Source of the DNA: Candidatus Latescibacterota bacterium
GTDB lineage: Bacteria > Latescibacterota > UBA2968
Assembly: GCA_965204375.1 (NCBI GenBank)
Contig: OZ241986.1
Span: 2,944,001-3,008,000, forward strand
Direction: 5' to 3'
Length of the DNA: 64,000 bases
This document shows positions 12,068 through 23,000 of this stretch, in pieces. Every line of letters starts with the position of its first letter. Position 1 is the first letter of the stretch. A program made the translations under genes and the position numbers. The notes under the pieces are model-generated. The model was not told the DNA's origin. It searched no databases and saw only the letters and a program-made list of their open reading frames with translations.

Positions 12068-12172
12068 TTAAAACGCAGGACAAACCACACTCTTGGACGG
12101 GCGGCGATAATAATAATATCGGCCGTCAAATCGACGCCAAAAATACCAGAAGTAGGTTGCAAAAGCGTTCAT
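12068..12172 (-). CDS. Aromatic amino-acid leader peptide (34 aa)
   Basis: Not in ORF track. AAGGA RBS; MNAFATYFWYFWRRFDGRYYYYRRPSKSVVCPAF; 13 of 34 residues are F/Y/W; directly upstream of the terminator. Confidence 0.85.
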   Translation of the reverse strand: MNAFATYFWYFWRRFDGRYYYYRRPSKSVVCPAF

Positions 12173-12250
12173 CACATCAAATTCCTTAAACCAGAGTTAT
12201 ATCGGACGCGCCAAAGATAACAAATTCTAAAACAGTGTCAAGAAAGAAGT

Positions 12251-13021
12251 TTATTCATGACCGTCAATCGTGCCCACCTCAATTTTCAACTCATCGCGAT
12301 CAATAATGCGATCTACGCGGCCATCGCGCACCCACACCACGCGGTCGGATACCGACAGCATCTTGTGATCGTGCGTCGCTGAAATCACAGTCACGCCCGA
12401 CTCCTCGTTCATCTGGCGCAACAGTTCAATAATCTCTCGCCCCGTATTCAAATCGAGATTCCCAGTCGGCTCGTCAGCCAGAATAATCGCTGGATCGTTG
12501 GCAAAGGCCCGCGCAACAGCCACGCGCTGCTGCTGCCCACCCGAAAGCTCAAAAGGTTTGTGCATCACGCGCTCGCCCAGACCGACCTGTGTCAACAATT
12601 CTACGCCCTTGTCGCGCGCCTCGTCGCTCGTCAGTCCGGCGAACACCATCGGCAGAGTCACATTCTCAAGTGCTGTCATCACCGGAATCAAATTATAAGA
12701 TTGAAAAATATAACCGATCTTTCGGCAGCGCAACCATGCGAGTTCATAAGCGTCGAGTTGGGCGACATCGACATCGTCGATATAGACCTTGCCCTCGGTC
12801 GGCTTGTCCAATCCACCCACCATATTGAACAGAGTACTCTTCCCCGAACCAGAAGGTCCCATAATGGACAGGTATTCGCCCTGTGTCACTTCCAGGTCCA
12901 CGCCTTTGAGTGCGTGAATCTGCTCTTCGCCCATTATGTACACCTTCTTCACATCTTGTGTGCGTACAACTGTCGCTTCTTCGGCCTCTGCATTTGTTTC
13001 TGTTTTTTCTTCGGCAGCCAT
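12251..13021 (-). CDS. ABC transporter ATP-binding protein (LolD/MacB-like)
   Basis: GPSGSGKST, LSGGQQQR, ILADEPTGNLD. Confidence 0.93.
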   Translation of the reverse strand: MAAEEKTETNAEAEEATVVRTQDVKKVYIMGEEQIHALKGVDLEVTQGEYLSIMGPSGSGKSTLFNMVGGLDKPTEGKVYIDDVDVAQLDAYELAWLRCRKIGYIFQSYNLIPVMTALENVTLPMVFAGLTSDEARDKGVELLTQVGLGERVMHKPFELSGGQQQRVAVARAFANDPAIILADEPTGNLDLNTGREIIELLRQMNEESGVTVISATHDHKMLSVSDRVVWVRDGRVDRIIDRDELKIEVGTIDGHE

Positions 13022-13041
13022 AAAACACCTCACAATCAGAT

Positions 13042-13713
13042 TTAAACTTCCAACGACATCGCATCAACCGGCTCCATCTTGGCAGCGCGATAGGCCGGCA
13101 AAATACCGCCAACCAGCGACAAAACAGAACCAATAACAATAGCTTTAACACCATCTTCAAGAATTTGAATCATGGGAAGATGATCGAAAATCACCGTGCC
13201 AAAACTCGACATATTGAGCAACGCAGTCAGCAAAAACCCAATGATCACGCCAATAATCGTACCTGCTGTACCCATAAACGTCGATTCGAGAATAAACAGC
13301 TTAATAATAAATCCGTCCAATGCGCCCATACACTTCATGGTGCCAATCTCGCGGAACCGCTCGGTAACAGACATCAGCATAGCATTGGCAATACCCACCA
13401 AACACACGAGCAGTGACAACACCACCAGCCATGCATCCTTAGACCGTTGCTGCATTGCGGCGGCACTGTCGGGATCAATTTCAACGCCCTTTTGTTGCAA
13501 GATCAAATTGATCTTGGGATCGCCAGCACCCATCAAACCGTCAATAATGGAATTGCCCGCCCAAATCGACATCAAAAAAGCGATAGCAAGCACAATACCA
13601 CTCACCGTAATCAAAGACCGGCCAAATCGAATCTTAACGCTATTAAAACTGATCTCAACCGCTTTGGAAAGCGGAAGAGATATCTGGGTATTGAGTTCGT
13701 GCTGCTGTGCCAT
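13042..13713 (-). CDS. FtsX-like ABC permease (short, 4 TM)
   Basis: ANAMLMSVTERFREIGTMKCMGA, PAYRAAKMEP. Confidence 0.88.
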   Translation of the reverse strand: MAQQHELNTQISLPLSKAVEISFNSVKIRFGRSLITVSGIVLAIAFLMSIWAGNSIIDGLMGAGDPKINLILQQKGVEIDPDSAAAMQQRSKDAWLVVLSLLVCLVGIANAMLMSVTERFREIGTMKCMGALDGFIIKLFILESTFMGTAGTIIGVIIGFLLTALLNMSSFGTVIFDHLPMIQILEDGVKAIVIGSVLSLVGGILPAYRAAKMEPVDAMSLEV

Positions 13714-13798
13714 AAACGCCTCCAGTTACAAAAGAACTGCACTAATCGGTGTTCAACATAAACGCCCTGTGCCCCTCTGTCAAGCCAAAATACCAGAC

Positions 13799-14518
13799 TT
13801 ATTTATTATCGGCGTTGGTCTTTTTTCGCAAAAAATAGAATGTCAACAATTGCTTGAGAAATAAATAGTACTCAGTCCAGTTCAACTTGCTGCTGCTGTA
13901 TTGCCGGTTGCGAAACACAAAGGGGACCTCTATAAAAGACTTATAATGCCCCTTGACCAGAATCTCCAGTAAAATTTTATACCCCGGCGAAGTCAATGCC
14001 ATGTCTTTAATAACGCGCCGATGCAAGAAAAAATAGCCCGCCAGCGGGTCTTGTACACCGGTTAATTGCCGCGCGAGAAATACCCCCAATTGAGAAATAA
14101 ACCTGCGGTACCATGCCCATTTTTCGACGTGACTCTCCGAATCAAACCGGCTACCAATAGCCAGATCGTGATCCCGCAACCCGTAAATGAGCTGAGGCAA
14201 GACGATGGGGTCGTGGCTCAAATCGGCATCAATCACCCCCAGGAGATCCCGCTCTGCCCGCTCAAACCCGGCCATCACGGCACTGCCCAAGCCCAATTTC
14301 CCGGCGCGGTGAACCACTTGCACCGGATAGCGCTCCACGAGTGATTCGGCCACCTCTCCCGTGCCATCGGGCGAATTGTCATCAACCACAATTAATTCGA
14401 GATCGATGTCGGGATAGTCTTTCAGAACGTCGAATATTTCTTCGGCCAATAAAGAAATGTTCTCGCGCTCATTATAGGTGGGTGTAATCAGAGAAATACG
14501 GAGTATATTATCAGACAT
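13799..14518 (-). CDS. GT2 polyprenol-phosphate mannosyltransferase-like
   Basis: PTYNERENI, VDDNSPDGT, DADLSH. Confidence 0.88.
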   Translation of the reverse strand: MSDNILRISLITPTYNERENISLLAEEIFDVLKDYPDIDLELIVVDDNSPDGTGEVAESLVERYPVQVVHRAGKLGLGSAVMAGFERAERDLLGVIDADLSHDPIVLPQLIYGLRDHDLAIGSRFDSESHVEKWAWYRRFISQLGVFLARQLTGVQDPLAGYFFLHRRVIKDMALTSPGYKILLEILVKGHYKSFIEVPFVFRNRQYSSSKLNWTEYYLFLKQLLTFYFLRKKTNADNK

Positions 14519-15407
14519 AGGTATTAACCATCCTGTGAAAGACGCCTTTTAATTGCCTCAAGTTATACTCAAAAGAGGCAGGTACAATATCACATAATGT
14601 TCTGGCAAGTGCGGTTGTCAACCCGGCTCGCAACGGGCGCTGTGCGAGTTGCCCAAATTCTGCGGACGTTATGGAAGACACCAGTGAAAAGTCAAGCTCC
14701 ATCACAGCACAAATCCGTTCGACCATTTCAAAGCGCGTCAAAAAATCCGCCCCGCCAAAATGCACCACACCACAGAAGTCAGTGCGGCACAGTTTAAAAA
14801 TAAATGCGGCGAGTTCATCGACAAAAGTCGGATTTGCCCACTCGTCTATCACCACGCGAATCGCCTCGCGTCCTGCCAGCGATGAAATGGCCCAGGTCAC
14901 AAAATTGGGCCGACAAGACGGGCGAAAACCGTACAATACCGCCGTTCGCACCACAATGCCGGGGCAAAGTGCATTCAGCAGAATAACTTCGCTTTCTAAC
15001 TTGGTCTGCCCATACACATTCACCGGATGTGCTTCATCGCCCTCGGCATAAGACCCTTTCTCTCCATCAAACACATAATTGGTCGATAAGTTCACCAGGC
15101 CGCATCCAACCCGTTCACACGCTTGAACCAAATTGCGCGTTCCATCGACGTGTATCGCACGCGCAAGCGCAGGATTGCGCTCGCATCCATCAACGCTTGT
15201 CATAGCTGCCGAATTGATCACCCACCGGGGGCGTACCTGTGCCACCACCTCGTGTACCAAATCGGGCCGTGTCAAATCTACGACGAGATGACCTTTTTCA
15301 CCGCTGCGTGACGCAGGCACTCGCTCCCAATCACTGCAGGATGCATCGCAAAGCGCCTGTCCCAAAAAACCCGATGCGCCGATAATGAGCAACCGATTAT
15401 TAGCCAT
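14511..15407 (-). CDS. dTDP-4-dehydrorhamnose reductase (RmlD)-like SDR
   Basis: IIGASGFLG, LSTNYVFDG, YGQTK; start trimmed to MANNR. Confidence 0.85.
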   Translation of the reverse strand: MANNRLLIIGASGFLGQALCDASCSDWERVPASRSGEKGHLVVDLTRPDLVHEVVAQVRPRWVINSAAMTSVDGCERNPALARAIHVDGTRNLVQACERVGCGLVNLSTNYVFDGEKGSYAEGDEAHPVNVYGQTKLESEVILLNALCPGIVVRTAVLYGFRPSCRPNFVTWAISSLAGREAIRVVIDEWANPTFVDELAAFIFKLCRTDFCGVVHFGGADFLTRFEMVERICAVMELDFSLVSSITSAEFGQLAQRPLRAGLTTALARTLCDIVPASFEYNLRQLKGVFHRMVNTYV

Positions 15408-16909
15408 TAGTTTTCGCTTTCCCGCACAAATAATGCCAATGCGCGATTCAGCGCGCCAGCATATCCGATGCGATCTATATTGGGTCCTATCAGAGCTGTC
15501 AAAATCGCTTCGGTCCGATCTCGATAGCGCGGCATCTTCGTATGCACAAAAAGCCGCATAAAAACCTGCGCCGCCACGCCATTTCCCGAAGGCAACCACC
15601 GATCAATGGCGGGCGAGAGCGCGACATCAGTCTCGGGCATTCGGTCTCTCAAAGCGCCCGAAGAATCGGCAAAAACTGTCATAATCCGATCTGCATGCGC
15701 CCGCGCAAATAACAAATCGGCCTCGCGTTCCTGCACCTCAAACAAATCGAGAGCAGCGCGGATGATTAAAACCTGATCCAGCAAAAAACGAGGTTTCAAA
15801 GATCGCGCGTGGGCAAACAGACTATCATCCTGTACAAATCTCATCTTAACCGCTTCAAAAATTCGTCGCCCAGCATCTAAAAAACGCCCCTCCCGAGTTT
15901 CGAGAAACGCCGCGCACAAACCCGAAACTACCAGTGCATTCCAGCCCGAATAAATCTCTGCATCCCGCAATACATTTCCCGCCTGATCTCGAAAGCCAGC
16001 CAGCCCGGCCCCCAACAAAACATCGCCAGATACGGCAAATTGTTCGAGCACCGCATCGGCCAGATCGCGGGACAAATTTACCCGTGCAAACGCCCGCAGT
16101 AATTGGGCATTGACCGCCAGGTGTTTTTCCGCATCAATCACAGGTCCACGATGCGTTAATACCTCCAATACATAAACGCCATCTGTATCGCGCCGTGCGC
16201 TGTGTGCAAAATTGATCAAAGGCGAATCAATACCCGCTTCTGCAAGCGCGAGAAGACCTTCGGGACCTGGATCAAAACCGCTTTTTATCACCGATTTCAA
16301 ACTATCGCGCACGCGGTGCAAAAGCGCTGTGCTCGGATTGATACGAGGGCGCGGATCTTTCTTTTCATCGCGTTCCGCTCGCCGCTTCAACTCTGCCCGC
16401 TGCACCTCGAGCCTGACGAGCCTATCGGGATTGTCGTACAAAATTTGCACCCACCGCAACAGATCTATCATATCATCGGGATCGAGATAGGTACTGCCCG
16501 TGATCCATTGTCCATCGGGCGTTAAAAAAGAGAGTGATGGAACCCCACCCAGACCAAAACGCTCAAATAAATCGGGTCGTTGATCGGCATCAACCCATAT
16601 CGGCAGAGTATAACGGGCAACCGCCCGCGCAATTTCTGAATTTTCAAAGCATCTCTCTGCCAGATCGCGGCACCAAACCGATCGCTGCGTATAAAAAAAT
16701 AACAAGATGGGACGCCCGAGGATTTGGGCAGAATCTCTTTGGCTCCATGTCCGCCAGTTTATGCTTCCGCCATCCAACGCCGTTACATCTAATTTTGCCG
16801 TCTCATCTCCCCCACCACATGCACCGGATAAAAACCCAAACACGAGCGCGATCCAGACATTCTGCCGCAAAATGACCCTCCTGTGAACAATATTACATAA
16901 ATTTTGCAA
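15407..16909 (-). CDS. DUF255 thioredoxin-like / six-hairpin (YyaL/Spata20-like) protein, possible lipoprotein
   Basis: INWRTW, VDADQRPDL, GGVPS...TPDG, WNALVVSGL, PSGNG; LSGAC lipobox-like; start uncertain. Confidence 0.7.
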   Translation of the reverse strand: MQNLCNIVHRRVILRQNVWIALVFGFLSGACGGGDETAKLDVTALDGGSINWRTWSQRDSAQILGRPILLFFYTQRSVWCRDLAERCFENSEIARAVARYTLPIWVDADQRPDLFERFGLGGVPSLSFLTPDGQWITGSTYLDPDDMIDLLRWVQILYDNPDRLVRLEVQRAELKRRAERDEKKDPRPRINPSTALLHRVRDSLKSVIKSGFDPGPEGLLALAEAGIDSPLINFAHSARRDTDGVYVLEVLTHRGPVIDAEKHLAVNAQLLRAFARVNLSRDLADAVLEQFAVSGDVLLGAGLAGFRDQAGNVLRDAEIYSGWNALVVSGLCAAFLETREGRFLDAGRRIFEAVKMRFVQDDSLFAHARSLKPRFLLDQVLIIRAALDLFEVQEREADLLFARAHADRIMTVFADSSGALRDRMPETDVALSPAIDRWLPSGNGVAAQVFMRLFVHTKMPRYRDRTEAILTALIGPNIDRIGYAGALNRALALFVRESEN

Positions 16910-17019
16910 AAAAAATATGGAACTCGCTGCATGGGAAAACGTCTAAACCGATCAAAAAAGGCTTGACACATGGAAAGGATTTGCTGAAGTTCTAAAATAC
17001 TTCAGAAACGGGAAAAAAC

Positions 17020-17283
17020 CTATTGAGGCGCGAATTTTTCTATTGAGATGGCTTCGTCGATCAACATAATAGGTATCGCGTCTTGAATGGGATATAAAAA
17101 GACGCGGTCTTCGCGCACCAGGCCTCCATCAATTGGCTGTTTAATTTTTTGCCCGCCCCGGTTTTTAACCTCGCCTTTTTCAATCGCGCTGTTGATGGTG
17201 TCAATCAGCGATTGATCGGCCAATTTCACGGGCGTTTTATTCTCTGGGCAGGCCAAAATATCGAGTAAATCCCGATCAATCAC
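17020..17283 (-). CDS. Trm112-like (UPF0434) protein
   Basis: IDRDLLDILACPENK...YPIQDAIPIMLIDEA; GTG start after AAGGAG. Confidence 0.8.
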   Translation of the reverse strand: MIDRDLLDILACPENKTPVKLADQSLIDTINSAIEKGEVKNRGGQKIKQPIDGGLVREDRVFLYPIQDAIPIMLIDEAISIEKFAPQ

Positions 17284-17579
17284 GGTTCTCTCCTTTATCG
17301 AAAAAATTCGTGATCTGAAAATAGGCAACACACGAGTCTCAAACAAGCGATTTTTTAATCTCACCATTAATCAGGGAATTTATCTATCGCATCACCGCTA
17401 AAGCGCTTTTTTTTACATCAGTAAAATCCCATCGGCTATTTGTCCGATATCCGAGATGTGTCTGCTTTAGCGCGCGATGTTAGAATGCCCCCCGGTTGGC
17501 GGCGCGTTCACACGCGCTCACGGCCGGGTTTTTTCATATCTTGCAGGCTTTTCGGCTAATTCTATAAAGGAGAATCCCC

Positions 17580-18644
17580 ATGAAACACCGCCTTCTCACC
17601 CTGTTCACACTTGGTATTGGCCTGCTCAGCACCCCTGCTTATGCAACGCCAGAAAGCCATGCCGCAGCCACTTTTTTGTTATTCGCACCATCGGCTCGCG
17701 CAGCGGGTATGGGCAATGCGTATGTCGCTATTGCCGATGACGCCAATGCCACGTACTACAATCCCGCCGCACTGGCCTCATTACAAATTCACAGTCTCAG
17801 CACCACCCTTTACAAACCCGTTCCCCGACTGGCCAGCGACATCTTTTCGTCATTTGGTGCTTACACACACCCGTTTAGTGACATTGGCAATCTGGGATAT
17901 AGCCTCATTTATAGTTCTTTGGGCGAACAACAACGCACCGATGAAGAGGGAAATCTTTTAGGTACATTTAAGAGCTACGGCATGGCCCTGGGCGTATCTT
18001 ATGGCACGCATCTCTTCAAAAATCTGGCCATGGGCATCACAGTTAAATTCATCTATGAACACCTCTCCGACACAGGTGCAGGTATTGAGCAAGGCAAAGG
18101 TACAGCGACTTCTTTTGCCGGAGACATAGGTCTCATGTGGGCTGCCACAGACCGGCTTAGCTTCGGCAGTGTGTTGCACAATGTTGGCCCAAACATGACT
18201 TTTATCGATGCCGATCAGGCAGATCCACTGCCACAGAATTTCGTTTTTGGCATTGCGTACAAAGTGATCAAAAACAACTCGTCTTCCCTGATGCTCACCG
18301 CTGATGTTTATAAACCCCTCGCCGCTGATGGTTTCTTTTCATTTATTTCGGGCTGGAATGACGACACCTTTGGCTGGAAGCCCAATCCGGGCGGCAATGG
18401 TTTTACGGAATTTGACGACATGGACTATCGAGTCGGTGCCGAATGGATGTACCAGCTTTCTGAAGATTCGGCTTTTGCCCTGCGCAGTGGCTACTCCTAT
18501 GATAAAGATGGCAAACGCAACTTTCCCACCTTTGGACTGGGCTTGAAATACAACTGGGCAAATTTCGATATCTCGTATTTTGTGCCGACAGAAGATACGC
18601 CTGCCAGCAATACATTCCGCTTCACGGGTGGATTTATATTTTAA
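17580..18644 (+). CDS. PorV/PorQ family outer-membrane beta-barrel (T9SS shuttle-like)
   Basis: Signal peptide, FL..PSARAAGMGNAYVAIADDANATYYNPAAL, terminal Phe. Confidence 0.85.
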   Translation: MKHRLLTLFTLGIGLLSTPAYATPESHAAATFLLFAPSARAAGMGNAYVAIADDANATYYNPAALASLQIHSLSTTLYKPVPRLASDIFSSFGAYTHPFSDIGNLGYSLIYSSLGEQQRTDEEGNLLGTFKSYGMALGVSYGTHLFKNLAMGITVKFIYEHLSDTGAGIEQGKGTATSFAGDIGLMWAATDRLSFGSVLHNVGPNMTFIDADQADPLPQNFVFGIAYKVIKNNSSSLMLTADVYKPLAADGFFSFISGWNDDTFGWKPNPGGNGFTEFDDMDYRVGAEWMYQLSEDSAFALRSGYSYDKDGKRNFPTFGLGLKYNWANFDISYFVPTEDTPASNTFRFTGGFIF

Positions 18645-18701
18645 TCCTCGCAGGTTCAGCAAACCGACTCTCTTTGCGACGAAGACATCAATTGAAATAC
18701 A

Positions 18702-20045
18702 ATGCTAAATCTCTTGAGATATAATGCTAAACCCCGCCTTCTCGTGCTCGGTACCGCCAGTTTGCTGAACTTCGCGCTCTTAATTTCGCCTCTTTTCTCC
18801 CAAAATAGTAGCCCCCCCTCTTCGGACTTTAATGGCAATGGTGTCGTCGATTTCCCCGACTTCTTACTATTTGTCACCGCGTTTGGATCTCAAGCCAGTC
18901 AAGAGCGGTACGATGCGAAATACGATCTGGATGGAAATGGCGAGATTGCATTTGACGATTTTCTGTTATTTGTCGATAGCTTTGCGGCATCATCACAGCC
19001 ACCACCCCCCAGCGATCCACGCCTGACGCGGATTGAACTACCTGAAGGATTCCACATTCGCATATACGCCGAAGGGGTAACAGGCGCTCGCTCGATGAGC
19101 CTCAGCCCAGACGGCACCCTGTTTGTCGGCACCCGCCCCAGCGGCCGTGTGTACGCACTGCGCGACGAAGACGGCGACCACAAAGCAGAGCGGGTCATCC
19201 TCCTCGCCCGCGACCTGAATAACCCCAACGGCGTCGCCTTCAAGGATGGCGACCTGTACGTAGCCGAAATCAACCGCATCCTGCGCTATACCAATATCGA
19301 ATCACAACTCGACAACCCGCCGCAACCTGAAATTGTCAACGACGCTTTCCCCACGAATCGATCGCACGGCTGGAAGTTCATCCGCTTTGGTCCCGACGGT
19401 TTGCTGTACGTACCTGTCGGCGCGCCGTGCAACATCTGCAATCGCGGCGACCCATACGCATCAATCGGAAGATTGGACACCAATGGCAACTTCAGCATCA
19501 TAGCGCGGGGCATTCGCAACACAGTCGGCTTTGATTGGCACCCGGAAACGGGCGAACTGTGGTTCACGGACAATGGAAGAGACAGGATGGGCGACGATGT
19601 GCCACCGGACGAACTGAACAGAATAACCGCCAATGGACAGCACTTCGGCTATCCCTACTGCCACGGCACCAACATCGCCGATCCCGTATTCGGCGATCAG
19701 CGTGCTTGCGGCGAGTTCGTCGCGCCGGTCCAGAATCTCGGCCCGCACGTAGCGGCTCTGGGAATGCGCTTCTACACCGGCAACATGTTTCCAGAGGAGT
19801 ACCGCAATCAGATCTTCATCGCTGAACACGGATCCTGGAATCGCAGCAGCAAGATCGGCTACCGCGTCACCCTGGTGCGCCTGAATGGCAATAGGGCGGT
19901 CAGCTACGAGCCATTCGCAAAAGGCTGGCTTCAGGGCGAATCGAACTGGGGAAGACCCGTCGATGTACTCGTCATGCCCGACGGTTCCCTGCTGGTATCG
20001 GATGACCAGGCCGGTCTAATCTACCGCATCAGCTATTCTCACTAA
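18702..20045 (+). CDS. PQQ-dependent sorbosone/sugar dehydrogenase with N-terminal dockerin-like domain
   Basis: DFNGNGVVDFPDFL; HGWKFIRFGPDG, GAPCNIC, GIRNTVG, AEHGSWNR, GRPVDV. Confidence 0.88.
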   Translation: MLNLLRYNAKPRLLVLGTASLLNFALLISPLFSQNSSPPSSDFNGNGVVDFPDFLLFVTAFGSQASQERYDAKYDLDGNGEIAFDDFLLFVDSFAASSQPPPPSDPRLTRIELPEGFHIRIYAEGVTGARSMSLSPDGTLFVGTRPSGRVYALRDEDGDHKAERVILLARDLNNPNGVAFKDGDLYVAEINRILRYTNIESQLDNPPQPEIVNDAFPTNRSHGWKFIRFGPDGLLYVPVGAPCNICNRGDPYASIGRLDTNGNFSIIARGIRNTVGFDWHPETGELWFTDNGRDRMGDDVPPDELNRITANGQHFGYPYCHGTNIADPVFGDQRACGEFVAPVQNLGPHVAALGMRFYTGNMFPEEYRNQIFIAEHGSWNRSSKIGYRVTLVRLNGNRAVSYEPFAKGWLQGESNWGRPVDVLVMPDGSLLVSDDQAGLIYRISYSH

Positions 20046-20054
20046 TCTCGCATT

Positions 20055-23000
20055 ATGAATCTGAACTCACGCTTGACTATGATCCTTCTGTGCAGATGCG
20101 GGATACCCTGCGCAATCCTCCTGTATCTTATGGCTCTTTTTGTACAGCCCGTTATGGCTGTGGACTCCTATCGCGTCTTAGCCGTGCGCGTCTCTTTTCC
20201 CCCCGAAGACCCCGACAACGAAACCACCAGTGGGAACGGCACATTCAATCTCAGTACAGCCGAAAGTTCTGATCGCATCTATCCCTTTGACGCACCTCCC
20301 CACAACCGCGCCTATTTTGAAGCTCACCTGCAAGCTCTTTCCAATTATTATCGCGACATATCCCAGGGGCAATTGGCCATCGAATACGATGTCTATCCAC
20401 AAGACCCCACCGCGAGTTACGTCCTCGACACCCCCTTGATCGAATACGGCAATGGACGCACGAGGCGCGAAATAAATGAGCGCGTCACGCGGCTCTTTCG
20501 AGATGGTATTCGCGCCGCAGATGCCGCAGATGGTACAACCATAGATTTCTCAAAATATCGCGCCTTTGCAGTATTTCACGCGGGACTCGGCGGAGAAGCA
20601 GGTCAAAAACTCAACGACATACCCTCGGCTTTTATTTTTAAACGCGATCTCATCGAGTTCGCCGACGGCGCAATTGCCGTCAACAACGGAGCTTTTCAGG
20701 TCACATCGGGCATGCTATTGCCCGAAGCCATCAGCACAAACGGTCAGGGCGGTCTCAATGGCACGCTCGCCCGATTTTTTGCCTCGCAACTCGGCTTGCC
20801 CGGTCTTTCGGACTTTGAAAACGACCTGCCCGCCATTGGCGACTGGAGTTTGATGGATACGGGCGCCAACAATCAAATTGACGCCGCTCGCCTGGGTCTC
20901 CAATCCCTGAGAAACGATCCCGAATCCACCAGCACAAATTTGATCGGATTTTTGCCCAGTCGCCTGACGGCCTGGTCGCGCATAAAACTCGGCTGGCTCG
21001 AACCACTTGTGATCACCCACAACGACACCGTGGAAATCGCTGCATCCGGCAGCGCATCCGATCTTCCGCAGGCTATTCGCGTCCCCATCAGCGCCACGGA
21101 ATACTTTCTGATCGAAAATCGCATCTCGCGCCTCAATATTGAAAATCGCATCCCGCAAATCGAATTTTCCACCCCTCATAACGTCTGGCTTTCCTCAGAT
21201 GATTACGATGCATTCATACCCGGCTCGGGTATTCTCATCTACCACATTGACGATGCGATTATTCGAGCCAGCGACGCAGAAAAACACATCAACAGCCACC
21301 CCGATTACAAAATTGCACCTGCTCAATATCGCCGCGGTATTGCTCTCGAAGAAGCCGATGGTTTGCAAGACATCGGCAATGTATCGGCCAGCCGCATCAT
21401 TCAAGCTGGTATCATCTCATTAAGCAGTATCGAAGGCGCGCCAGAAGACGCCTTTTACGTAGGCAACAACGCCTTATTTGGTCCCGATACCTCGCCGAAT
21501 ACCCGCAGCAATTTGGGCTATGAAAGCGGCATAACCATCGAAGTGCTCAGTCCACCCGGTGAAGTAATGACAGTTGCAATCCGTTTTGCCAATCGGCTGG
21601 ACAACTGGCCGATTACAGACTTGAATCCCACGCGAGAGTCGCCCCGCGTCATCGACCTCGATAGAGATGGAATCAAAGAAATCCTTCACAGTTCTGGCAC
21701 GTGGAAAATCGCGGGTGTACAGCACAGCACAGACGAGTCATTTGCCACAACCCCTGCAATTGGCGACCCGGAAATAGCCGGATTCATCTACCATCGCGGA
21801 GAAACAACCCGAACGCACTGGCGTCCCAGTGGTACAGTCCACGAAACCGTCGATATCAATCCCCCTTCATCTTTTTCCACAACACCCGTCATTGCAAAAT
21901 TCCCCACAATATCTGTCGATATTTGGGGATGGAGCGATGGAAAAATCGAATGGGGCAATTTTCTATCTGAAATCGCAGGCAACATCGCCCTGAGCGACGC
22001 TATCCAATCGCTCGCCGTGGGCAATATCGACAGCGATTCGGACAATGAACTCATCGCCATTACCAGCAGTGCTCAGATCCACCTCATTCACGACACCGGC
22101 CAATCCACGCCACTCGCCACATTTGCGTCTCCCATCATCGGCGGCCCGGCAATAGGCGACCTCGACCGCGATGGCAATGACGACATTGCAGTCGTCTCAA
22201 CAGACGGCATCCTCTCCATCCTCGACGCCAACGGCCTCGCCTTTGCAAGCGACCCCGTGCCCGGCGGCGCGCATTCACCCCCTGTTGTCGCCGACCTCGA
22301 CCGCGACGGATTTATCGAAGTCCTCTTTGGCGGCAACGGCAAACTCTATATTTATCGCTTCAACGCCATCTTGCAAACCGAAGGCGCACTCGCCCTCCCG
22401 ATAAAAGACGGCGCCGGCCCCATTGAAGCACCGCCCATTCTCGCCGACATCAATAACGACACAATCCCCGATATTTTTGCGGGTACACGCGGTGGCCTCC
22501 TCTACGGACTGACCGCCGAAGGACATACCCTACCGGGCTTTCCCCTATTAGTACCCGGCCCCATTCTCTCATCGCCACTTATCGACGACCTTGACAACGA
22601 CGGCACCCTGGAACTCATTATCTATACCGCCGACGGCAGCGTACACCTCTTCCACCTGGAAACAATTGACCCATCTTATACAGGCAACAAAATTATCTGG
22701 GGGCAACTCGGAGGAGGACCGGGCAACGCGGGCAAATTGCTCCAACAGCCTCTCGAAACCAAAACCCCAACGGACACCTCGCTCTTACCCGCGACGCGAG
22801 CATACCTCTACCCCAACCCGGTCCGCAATGGCGACAGGGCGCGCATTCGCTTTTTTTTATTAGAACCCGCCGAAATCACTATGACTATCTACAACCCCCT
22901 CGGTGAAAAGATCGCCGACCTCACACACGACAATCCCATGCCCAACACCGACAACGAAATCGCATGGGATGTAGCCGATTACGCCAGCGGCCTCTATATT

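Noticed and set aside
11990-12250. T-box riboswitch for trpE/tyrS
   Set aside because: No T-box (GGTGGNACCGCG) or stem I motifs seen; the leader peptide explains the region.
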